The notes under the pieces are model-generated. The model had not been told where the DNA came from. It did no database searches and saw only the letters and a program-made list of their open reading frames with translations. A DNA stretch of 47,889 nt from Bacilli bacterium (lineage in GTDB: Bacteria; Bacillota_I; Bacilli_A; RFN20; CAG-826). This document shows positions 30,809 to 38,269 of the stretch, piece by piece (positions within the stretch are counted from its first letter, which is position 1; each line of letters opens with the position of its first letter). The stretch covers positions 1 through 47,889 of the forward strand of contig JAKSVA010000002.1 in the NCBI GenBank assembly GCA_024408435.1. The letters run 5' to 3'. A program made the translations under genes and the position numbers.

Positions 30809-32007
30809 AATAAATGTTTCTCCAAGGTCGCGGTTTCAATAATACCATCCTTATACTTAATTTCGATATTACCTTGAATTAATGGTTTTAAATATTTGCG
30901 GAATGAATCGCTCATTCTTGTTTTACCAGCAATCATTTCAAACGGAATCGTTTTTTCTACGTTGGCAATTTTTGAGATGTCTAGCAACTTATACTCGACA
31001 GTATAAGGATTATTACTTTTACGAATTACACCAACCATTTTGCCAGTTTCACCTTTAAGAGCAGAATCAAAAGCTAGTTTAGAGCATGCGATTGCTTCAT
31101 CATGATCAACCTTGCTTGCTAAAATCGAATCAGCTCTTTGAATTAAACTAAGTTCAATTGAACGCGTTGGAAGATTAAGCCGACTTTCAACAATTTTTGC
31201 TAAAGCATCACCAGCACCACCAAGTTGAACATGATTAAAAGCATCAACTCGAGCAGTCGAAGTGTCACGTTCAAAATGAATCCCTTCACTAATAGAGACA
31301 ATGCAATGGCCTTTACGCTCATAAGTTTCTTTAACATCTTTTAAGAATTGTTCCATATTGAAGGAATTTTCTGGAAGATACATATAATCAGGACGAGAGC
31401 CTTCGGGTAATAAATCAACGCTAGCGGCTAGCCACCCAGCGTTGCGCCCCATAATTTCGATAATAAATACTTTGCCACGTTTATAGCATCTAGCATCAGT
31501 ACAAATTTGTTTAACATTATTAATAACTGATTTAGCTGCGCTTGGAAAACCAACACAATGATCAGTAACGGCTAAGTCATTATCAATGGTTTTAGGAATA
31601 CCCATTACTTTGATATCGAGTTTAAGTTCCTTACAAAGAATACTCAATTTATGGCAAGTATCCATTGAATCGTTCCCACCATTAACAAAAATGTAGCCGA
31701 TGTTGTGTTTTTGCACGGTGCAAAGAATCTTCTGATAAACTGGATCTTTAATATCTTTTGGTAGTTTATAACGCGTAGTGCCTAAAGCAGAACCGGGTGT
31801 TTGTTGTAATAATTCAATTGTTTCGTCTTTTTCTTTTCCTAAATCAATAACTTTATTATCAATTAAACCTTCAATACCATTAAGCGAACCATAAATTCCG
31901 CTGATTTCGTTAGGGTGTTTTTTAGCTTCCTTAATTACTCCATAAAGTGAAGTATTAATTACGGCAGTTGGACCGCCTGATTGAATATACACTAATGCTT
32001 TCCCCAT
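30805..32007 (-). CDS. pfp: 6-phosphofructokinase, pyrophosphate-dependent type
   Basis: PFK fold: QSGGPTAVIN, GGNDSMDT, GIPKTIDNDL, MGRNAGWLA. Asp occupies the GGxDS position and Lys the PKTIDND position, where ATP-PFKs carry Gly (E. coli G104/G124). SD AAGGAGAA lies upstream. Confidence 0.75.
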   Translation of the reverse strand: MGKALVYIQSGGPTAVINTSLYGVIKEAKKHPNEISGIYGSLNGIEGLIDNKVIDLGKEKDETIELLQQTPGSALGTTRYKLPKDIKDPVYQKILCTVQKHNIGYIFVNGGNDSMDTCHKLSILCKELKLDIKVMGIPKTIDNDLAVTDHCVGFPSAAKSVINNVKQICTDARCYKRGKVFIIEIMGRNAGWLAASVDLLPEGSRPDYMYLPENSFNMEQFLKDVKETYERKGHCIVSISEGIHFERDTSTARVDAFNHVQLGGAGDALAKIVESRLNLPTRSIELSLIQRADSILASKVDHDEAIACSKLAFDSALKGETGKMVGVIRKSNNPYTVEYKLLDISKIANVEKTIPFEMIAGKTRMSDSFRKYLKPLIQGNIEIKYKDGIIETATLEKHLL

Positions 32008-32052
32008 ATATTTTCTCCTTTTGAAAATGAAAAGAACAAACCTCTAGTAATT

Positions 32053-32081
32053 ATTTTATTCTAGAACGAATGATTAAACAA
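32053..32081 (-). promoter_or_regulatory. Putative promoter for pfp-atp operon
   Basis: Minus strand reads TTGTTT (32081-32076), 17 nt spacer, TAAAAT (32058-32053). It sits immediately after the upstream terminator hairpin and about 45 nt before the pfp ATG. Confidence 0.35.
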
Positions 32082-32101
32082 CCAAAAACTCTAGTTTTTG
32101 G
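32082..32101 (-). terminator. Intrinsic terminator after the ECF S-component gene
   Basis: CCAAAAAC-TCTA-GTTTTTGG hairpin starting 8 nt after the stop. On the minus strand it is followed by TTGTTTAAT. Confidence 0.55.
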
Positions 32102-32108
32102 CAAATAT

Positions 32109-32636
32109 TTATTCTATTGTTTGCTGACTCGCGATAATTTTATAAAGAATCGGGACTAAGACCAAAGAAGAAGCAAACTCAATCACGAAATTAACTGTTA
32201 GGAAAATACTAATAATGGAACCAAATGTTTCATTGAAAAACACTAACGAATACAAAACGAAAAATATTGTATTTAATAATGGGACTAAAGCGCTGCAAAG
32301 AATGATGGCGATATTAATGTGTTTTTCCTTAAATAACTTAAACACCAAAGATCCAATAAAACCCGCTACCGCGCTTTTAGTTAACACAGTTAAAATTGTT
32401 CCACCTAACGAGAAATCCATGAAAGCAATTGTTGAGGGTGCCAAAAGAATAAAAGAACCATTAATCGCTCCTAGTAAAAGAGCATACAACGGACCAAAAA
32501 ACATTCCGGCTAATGCAATTGGAATACACGATAAATTAATTGAAATAAGTCCAATTTGCACATAATTAGATATCACAGTAAAAATAATGCACAGTGCAGT
32601 CAGCATCCCAAGACTAGCTATTTTTTTAATATTCAT
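32109..32636 (-). CDS. Small polytopic membrane protein, likely an ECF-transporter S component (substrate unknown)
   Basis: 175 aa with about 5-6 TM helices. Size and topology are typical of S components. There are no EcfA/EcfT genes nearby and no specific signature that I can assign. Confidence 0.4.
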   Translation of the reverse strand: MNIKKIASLGMLTALCIIFTVISNYVQIGLISINLSCIPIALAGMFFGPLYALLLGAINGSFILLAPSTIAFMDFSLGGTILTVLTKSAVAGFIGSLVFKLFKEKHINIAIILCSALVPLLNTIFFVLYSLVFFNETFGSIISIFLTVNFVIEFASSLVLVPILYKIIASQQTIE

Positions 32637-32651
32637 TATTTTTAATAAAAA

Positions 32652-32728
32652 TGGTACCCTCTAGGCGATTCGAACGCCTGACCTACGGCTTAGAAGGCCG
32701 TTGCTCTATCCAGCTGAGCTAAGAGGGC
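32652..32728 (-). tRNA. tRNA-Arg (anticodon UCU), CCA encoded
   Basis: The reverse complement reads GCCCTCT-TA-GCTC-AGCTGGATA-GAGC-A-ACGGC-CTTCTAA-GCCGT-AGGTC-AGGCG-TTCGAAT-CGCCT-AGAGGGT-A-CCA. It is 77 nt with a complete cloverleaf (G1-U72 wobble). Confidence 0.92.
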
Positions 32729-32739
32729 ACAGCGTATAT

Positions 32740-32768
32740 ACTATAAAATTATTGCTAATATTTTTCAA
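32740..32768 (-). promoter_or_regulatory. Putative promoter for tRNA-Arg (and the downstream S-component gene)
   Basis: Minus strand reads TTGAAA (32768-32763, abutting the uvrC stop), 17 nt spacer, TATAGT (32745-32740), then 11 nt to the tRNA 5' end. Confidence 0.45.
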
Positions 32769-34502
32769 TTATTTATGAAGTCGTTTATAGAGTTCTTCCG
32801 CCACTTCTTGCGAAAGAATTTGACTTAATTCTTCAACGCTAGCTTTTTTTAATTCATCAATGGTTTGGTATTGTTTCATTAAAACTTCTAAGCGTTTTTT
32901 ACCTAACCCTTTAATATCATCAAAAATCGATTTAAACATATGTTTATTTCTTTCTTGCTGATGGAAGGAAATCGCAAACCGATGAACCTCATCTTGCATT
33001 CGCATTAATAAAAAGAATAAAGGTGATTTATTATTAATCGAATATATTTTTCCTTTTTGATCAACAATGCCTTTTGTCTGATGCTTATCATCCTTGTATA
33101 GACCAAAAATTGGAAAAGGATACTTTTCTTTGATTGCTTTTAGTTGAGGGAGACCACCATCTAAAAGCATTAAATCAGGTAATTCTCCTTTTTCTTCCAC
33201 TAGCCGACGATAGCGACGCGCTACCACTTCGCGCATGCTAGCAAAGTCGTCGTTGCCTTTTCCTTCAATGTGATATTTGCGATAAAGTTTTTTATTTGGT
33301 CGCCCGTTGATATACACCACCAAGGCACTTACTGGGTCACTCCCTTGTAGATGAGAATTATCCAATAATTCAATGTGATAAGGCGTTTTAATTTTTAACA
33401 ATTTACCCAATTTATTTAATAAATCTAAATTATTATCAGTTAATCTAGCAGTTAAAAAGTGTTTGTCTAAACTATCTTTTGCATTATTTTCCGCAACTAG
33501 AATCGCTTCGTAAATAACTCCACGTTTTGTGCTTACTACTTTTGTTGAAAGTAATTCACTTAGTTCATTAACATCGCTTAAATTAACTGCAATCATTTTT
33601 GGAATATCGCGTTTAATATAATATTGTTCAATTAAATGAATAATTTCGTTCTCATCCATAAACAAAGCTGGTTCAACATAGGTATTTTTACCAAGTAGCA
33701 TTCCATTACGATAAGTTAATACCGCTAAAGAAAGATATGAGTCACGATAAGAATAGGCAAAAACGTCCAGCGACTTAAAAGTCGGTTGCTCCACCACTTG
33801 TTTCTGATGAATGCTCTCGATTGAATCTAAAAGTTTTTTAAATTCATTCGCCTGTTCATAATTTTCTTTTTCGCTACAAGCGAGCATCTTATTTTTAATT
33901 TCGTTTTTAATTTCTGCATCATTTCCATCTAAAAAGGAACGGATTCGATTAACCATTTTGGTATAAATTGAATCATCAATTTTATTCACACAAGGAGCTA
34001 GACATTGTCCTAAATCTTTATATAAACACGCTAACTTAGGTAGATTTTTACATTTCCTCAGTGGAAATAGTTTATTCAATAAATCAATAATTTGGTAAGC
34101 AGCGCCACTATTTGGATAAGGACCAAAATAATAATATTTTTTATCATGATTATTACGGGCAATTTTTAAAATCGGGTTCGATGATTTTGCTAAAGCAATA
34201 TATGGGTAATGACTATCATCCTTTAAAAGAATGTTATAGCGTGGCATATGTTCATGAATAAGATTCATTTCAAGGATTAATGCTTCCTTTTCGTTCGCCG
34301 TAATAATGTAATTAAAATGATCAATGTGCATGACCATCGCGGCTACTTTGCCTGATTGTGGACGAAGGAAATACTGGCTAACTCTTTTATAAAGATCTTT
34401 GGCTTTGCCAATATAGATAATTTTGTTATCACAATCAAACATTTGATAGACACCACTTTTATGAGGTATCATACGAATAATTTCTTGAACTTTTTCTTTC
34501 AC
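32769..34502 (-). CDS. uvrC: Excinuclease ABC subunit C
   Basis: GIY-YIG N-terminus GVYQMFD...IIYIGKAKDLYKRV, UvrBC-binding region, and C-terminal (HhH)2 GLGKKRLEVLMKQYQTIDELKKASVEEL. The start codon is GTG (34500-34502). Confidence 0.92.
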   Translation of the reverse strand: MKEKVQEIIRMIPHKSGVYQMFDCDNKIIYIGKAKDLYKRVSQYFLRPQSGKVAAMVMHIDHFNYIITANEKEALILEMNLIHEHMPRYNILLKDDSHYPYIALAKSSNPILKIARNNHDKKYYYFGPYPNSGAAYQIIDLLNKLFPLRKCKNLPKLACLYKDLGQCLAPCVNKIDDSIYTKMVNRIRSFLDGNDAEIKNEIKNKMLACSEKENYEQANEFKKLLDSIESIHQKQVVEQPTFKSLDVFAYSYRDSYLSLAVLTYRNGMLLGKNTYVEPALFMDENEIIHLIEQYYIKRDIPKMIAVNLSDVNELSELLSTKVVSTKRGVIYEAILVAENNAKDSLDKHFLTARLTDNNLDLLNKLGKLLKIKTPYHIELLDNSHLQGSDPVSALVVYINGRPNKKLYRKYHIEGKGNDDFASMREVVARRYRRLVEEKGELPDLMLLDGGLPQLKAIKEKYPFPIFGLYKDDKHQTKGIVDQKGKIYSINNKSPLFFLLMRMQDEVHRFAISFHQQERNKHMFKSIFDDIKGLGKKRLEVLMKQYQTIDELKKASVEELSQILSQEVAEELYKRLHK

Positions 34503-34538
34503 ACTAATAATATTACATTAGAAATAAGATAAGTGGTA

Positions 34539-35795
34539 ATGAAACGAACGTTAACCGAACGAATTGAAAATCGTAGAGTAAAGCAACCTTCCTTTTTGGC
34601 ACAATTAATTCTTAAAACCTACGCCAAAATAATGAAGAAAAAATTACATATTAATCTTAATATTATTGACCAAATTCCGAAGAAGGGCCCGTGTTTTATT
34701 TTATTCAATCATATGTCGCGATTAGACTTCGTCTTTGTTACTTTAGCCGCCAAGTCACGACGAATTAACTTTGTTGCGGCTTATCATGAACATTATCGGA
34801 AAAAATACTATTTAGCATTTAAAATGGCTCACACTATTCCTAAACATAATTATTCAACCGATCTTAAGGCTATCAGTAATATCCGTGAAGCTATCAATAA
34901 GGGTTATGCCGTAGCAATCGCGCCAGAAGCAAGAAATTCTAATTACGGTTGCACAAGCCCAATTGTAAAAGGAACAGGTAAATTCGTTGCCCAGTTTAAT
35001 GTTCCGATTTATTTAGTTAAAATTACTGGCTCTTATCTTACTTTCCCAAAAGTTTGCTCTGATATTCGCCGTGGAAAAATCGATGTTACAGTTAAACGTC
35101 TCCCACTAGAGACAGTCAAAGCCGATAACTTAGATAATTATCTTAATGAAGAATTCCGCACAAACGAATTCGAATGGCAAAATAAAGAACACACGAAGTG
35201 GAGTCACAAAATGGGTATGGCCACCGACTTTGATTTTATTTTGTATCAATGCCCAAAATGTCACCAAGAATTTACCTTGAAAGGTAAAGATGACACTATT
35301 ACTTGTAGCCACTGTGGTTACCAAGCAAAAATTGATGAATACTATACTCTTACTGATCCGTTAAATAAATTTACTGATATTAGTAAATGGGTTCGGTGGG
35401 AAAAAGGTAACATCATTAAAGACATTCGCAAAAATAAAAATTATTTATTCCAGGTGCCAGTTACTCTCGAGACACTTGATAAATACCACACCTATAAAAC
35501 ATCAATGGGCAAAGTATGTGGAAGTGGTACCTTTACCATTAACCATTTTGGCATACGGTATGATGGTGATAAAGGCGGCCTACCTTTCCAACTCAATTTA
35601 TCTTACAAAGATATTTGGACCATCGGCATTACGCAAAATATTCGTAGTATCTTCTTTTATTACAACAACGAATATTATCATCTCGTTCCTAATTATCATT
35701 GTGCGCTAAAGATAAAAATGATTATCGAAGAAATGCAGCGTCTTCACGAAAACATCTGGCCTAATTTCCCTTGGGAAGAAGATCTTTATCATTAA
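34539..35795 (+). CDS. AGPAT/PlsC-family acyltransferase with internal zinc ribbon and C-terminal domain of unknown function
   Basis: HX4D motif FNHMSRLD, PEARNS (EGTR-type) block, then CPKCHQEF-x15-CSHCGY. ATG at 34539; an in-frame GTG at 34533 is an alternative start. Confidence 0.6.
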   Translation: MKRTLTERIENRRVKQPSFLAQLILKTYAKIMKKKLHINLNIIDQIPKKGPCFILFNHMSRLDFVFVTLAAKSRRINFVAAYHEHYRKKYYLAFKMAHTIPKHNYSTDLKAISNIREAINKGYAVAIAPEARNSNYGCTSPIVKGTGKFVAQFNVPIYLVKITGSYLTFPKVCSDIRRGKIDVTVKRLPLETVKADNLDNYLNEEFRTNEFEWQNKEHTKWSHKMGMATDFDFILYQCPKCHQEFTLKGKDDTITCSHCGYQAKIDEYYTLTDPLNKFTDISKWVRWEKGNIIKDIRKNKNYLFQVPVTLETLDKYHTYKTSMGKVCGSGTFTINHFGIRYDGDKGGLPFQLNLSYKDIWTIGITQNIRSIFFYYNNEYYHLVPNYHCALKIKMIIEEMQRLHENIWPNFPWEEDLYH

Positions 35796-35835
35796 TTAAA
35801 TCAACTAAACAAGTTGTTTATGTTAAGATAATTTT

Positions 35836-36768
35836 ATGAACGTTTCTCTCAAAATTAGTGAAACTCAAGTTAAACTTATAAAGGATAAATACCATCGTTA
35901 TCAAAAAGATAACCCGATGGAATACGTTATCTTTTTTGCGAAAGTTTGTGACACGACAATTAGTGTTTTTAAATCGCCAAAAAAGATTCTTTATTCATTA
36001 ACTATTACAAGCGGAAAAGAAAGCCAAATAAAAAAGATTCTCAAAGAATTAAAGATAAAAGATTACACAATTAACCATGAAAACGAAATAAAAAAATTAC
36101 CCGAAATCGCCAGTAAAGATTATCTCTTTTTAGAAGACCAAATTGGAAGCGACGAAGTCGGGACTGGTGATTTCTTTGGACCAATTACGGTTGTCGCAGC
36201 TTTAGTAAGAAAAAAAGATATCGCGCGTTTGAAGGCACTAGGCGTTATGGATTCAAAAAAGATTTCTGATGAAAAGATTAGAAAGATTGGCAAGATCGTT
36301 ATTAAAGAATTTCCCTATTCTTCTTTAGCGGTTGATAATAAAAAATATAACGAACTAACCGCGAAAGGTTTTAATATGAATAAAATCAAGTGTTATCTAC
36401 ATAACAAAGCATTAAGTAATCTTCACAAAAAATATTCAAAAATTACTAATATCTATGTCGACCAATTCGTTGATGAAAAAATTTATTACAAATATTTAAG
36501 CGACGAAAAGGAAGTTCTCCATAAAATTTATTTTCACACCAAGGGTGAAAGTTATTTCCCGAGCGTTGCTTTGGCTAGTGTCATTGCCCGTTATTCATTT
36601 TTAGAAAAAATGGATGCTCTTAATAAAAAGTATAAGACGACTATTCCATTTGGCGCAGGTGCTAATGTTGATAAATTTGCCAAAAGTTTTGTGAAAAAAT
36701 ACGGCTTGAATGAAATTAGTAAAATTACAAAAGTAAATTTTAAGAATTATCAAAAATTAACTGAATAA
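35836..36768 (+). CDS. rnhC: Ribonuclease HIII
   Basis: 310 aa. N-terminal TBP-like domain, then an RNase H2-fold core with GSDEVGTGDFFGP, and a KKISD-type segment. Confidence 0.85.
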   Translation: MNVSLKISETQVKLIKDKYHRYQKDNPMEYVIFFAKVCDTTISVFKSPKKILYSLTITSGKESQIKKILKELKIKDYTINHENEIKKLPEIASKDYLFLEDQIGSDEVGTGDFFGPITVVAALVRKKDIARLKALGVMDSKKISDEKIRKIGKIVIKEFPYSSLAVDNKKYNELTAKGFNMNKIKCYLHNKALSNLHKKYSKITNIYVDQFVDEKIYYKYLSDEKEVLHKIYFHTKGESYFPSVALASVIARYSFLEKMDALNKKYKTTIPFGAGANVDKFAKSFVKKYGLNEISKITKVNFKNYQKLTE

Positions 36769-37650
36769 TTTAACAGCCGCTAAAAAGTATTTTGGTAAAG
36801 GTGAGGTAAAACTCATCTTTTTCTTTGTTCGTGGATGAGTGAAGACAATGTGATAAGCATGGAGGATTTGACCATCTTTAACTTTTTGACAATTGTTACG
36901 ACCATAAAGAGGGTCACCAATTACTGGATGATTGATATATTCAAAATGAACACGAATTTGGTGAGTACGCCCTTGTTTTAATTTTACATCTACTAAAGTA
37001 GCGTCTTTTAATCGTTTAATTACTTTAAAGCTTGTTTCCGCTTCCTTACCATGCATAGAATCAATCATCATTTTAAGTGGATTATTTTTATCGCGACCAA
37101 TCGGACCAATAATTCGCCCACGGTTTTCTTTAATCTCACCTTTCACAAGCGCTTGATATTCACGGTGCATTGTGTGTTTTTCTAACTGTAACGCTAGCGC
37201 ACGATGAGTGAAATTATTTTTGGCCACTACTAATAATCCCGAAGTATCTTTATCAATCCGGTGAACAATTCCAGGCCGAGTTGGATCAACGCTTGATAAA
37301 TCTTTGATGTGATAAATTAAGGCGTTCACCAACGTGTGAGAATGATTCCCACTTCCCGGATGAACAACTAAACCTCGTTGCTTACTAATGACTAGTAAGT
37401 CATCATCTTCATAAATAATTTCTAGAGGAATATTTTCGCCATCTAAAGATGCTTCTTTTGTCTCGTTAATTTCAATTTCATCATTTAGTTTTACTAAATA
37501 ATTAGCCTTAACATTTTTCTTATTAACAAGAATTCTCTTTTCTTTTATTAATTTTTGGACTTGGCTACGAGAAAAAGTTTTTTCAACTAACGGAATAACC
37601 AAATCAATTCGTTGCTTAACAAAGTTATTTTTTTGAATGATTAGTTTCAT
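36757..37650 (-). CDS. rluD: RluA-family 23S rRNA pseudouridine synthase
   Basis: N-terminal S4 domain and catalytic HRIDKDTSGLLVVAK. Conserved position after lspA. Confidence 0.85.
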   Translation of the reverse strand: MKLIIQKNNFVKQRIDLVIPLVEKTFSRSQVQKLIKEKRILVNKKNVKANYLVKLNDEIEINETKEASLDGENIPLEIIYEDDDLLVISKQRGLVVHPGSGNHSHTLVNALIYHIKDLSSVDPTRPGIVHRIDKDTSGLLVVAKNNFTHRALALQLEKHTMHREYQALVKGEIKENRGRIIGPIGRDKNNPLKMMIDSMHGKEAETSFKVIKRLKDATLVDVKLKQGRTHQIRVHFEYINHPVIGDPLYGRNNCQKVKDGQILHAYHIVFTHPRTKKKMSFTSPLPKYFLAAVKLFS

Positions 37651-38269
37651 GTTTTTCTTCTTTCATTTTTTTCTCGTATTCTTCTGGAGTCATACTAAAT
37701 TCACCACGACGATTCCTGCGAATCGCTTCTTTGATCTCATCAACGATAATAAAGATGATGATAAGGAAAACGCAAACGGTGACATATGAATCAGCTAGAT
37801 TAAAAGATGGGCTAAAGAAGGTAAAATGAATCCAATCAATCACACCATCAAAGCCAACAACCGGCTCCCAATAGAAAAGTCCATCAATGAGATTTCCAAT
37901 ACAACCTGCATAAATTAGCATGATAGTAACCTTGTAACGCATTTTTAACTCTTGCCCCTTCAAGAGATAGACCACCGGGATTAAGAAGGCTAGAATCAAG
38001 CGAATGATAATTAATACAATGCGCGCAGCAATGGAATCGCTGCCCATGCCCCAAAGCGCGCCTTTGTTATAAAGTAAACTAATCTCCAGGAAGTTAGGGA
38101 TAATCGTGATAGGCACACCTACACTTACGTTTAGTTGGACACACCATTTAGAAAGGATATCTGCAAAAATAGCAAATAATGTTATATAGAAAAGCGGGCT
38201 TTTTATCAAAGATAAGAAGAAAGCTTTAATTTTTTCTTTCGTGAAAAAATCAGCTAACTTTTTATTCAT
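37625..38269 (-). CDS. lspA: Lipoprotein signal peptidase (signal peptidase II), long form
   Basis: Motifs NKGALWGMG and FNLADS. 214 aa with extra N-terminal residues and a charged tail of about 40 aa. Confidence 0.85.
   Translation of the reverse strand: MNKKLADFFTKEKIKAFFLSLIKSPLFYITLFAIFADILSKWCVQLNVSVGVPITIIPNFLEISLLYNKGALWGMGSDSIAARIVLIIIRLILAFLIPVVYLLKGQELKMRYKVTIMLIYAGCIGNLIDGLFYWEPVVGFDGVIDWIHFTFFSPSFNLADSYVTVCVFLIIIFIIVDEIKEAIRRNRRGEFSMTPEEYEKKMKEEKHETNHSKK

Noticed and set aside
32215-32565. 116-aa plus-strand ORF antisense to the S-component gene. Other short nested or antisense ORFs in the track include 1329-1565, 3615-3806, 5142-5363, 5955-6185, 6408-6623, 8050-8259, 9358-9582, 11247-11438, 12216-12410, 15842-16060, 18575-18775, 19654-19908, 23011-23211, 24170-24382, 24567-24797, 25219-25467, 30187-30372, 35130-35324, 35476-35709, 39101-39298, 39353-39676, 41235-41441, 43733-43933 and 46410-46625.
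   Set aside because: All are embedded in longer ORFs that carry clear family motifs. None has its own ribosome-binding site or recognisable motifs.
35802-35816. Short palindrome CAACT-AAACA-AGTTG after the acyltransferase gene
   Set aside because: The stem is only 5 bp with a modest T-tail. It is a plausible weak terminator but not distinguishable from chance.
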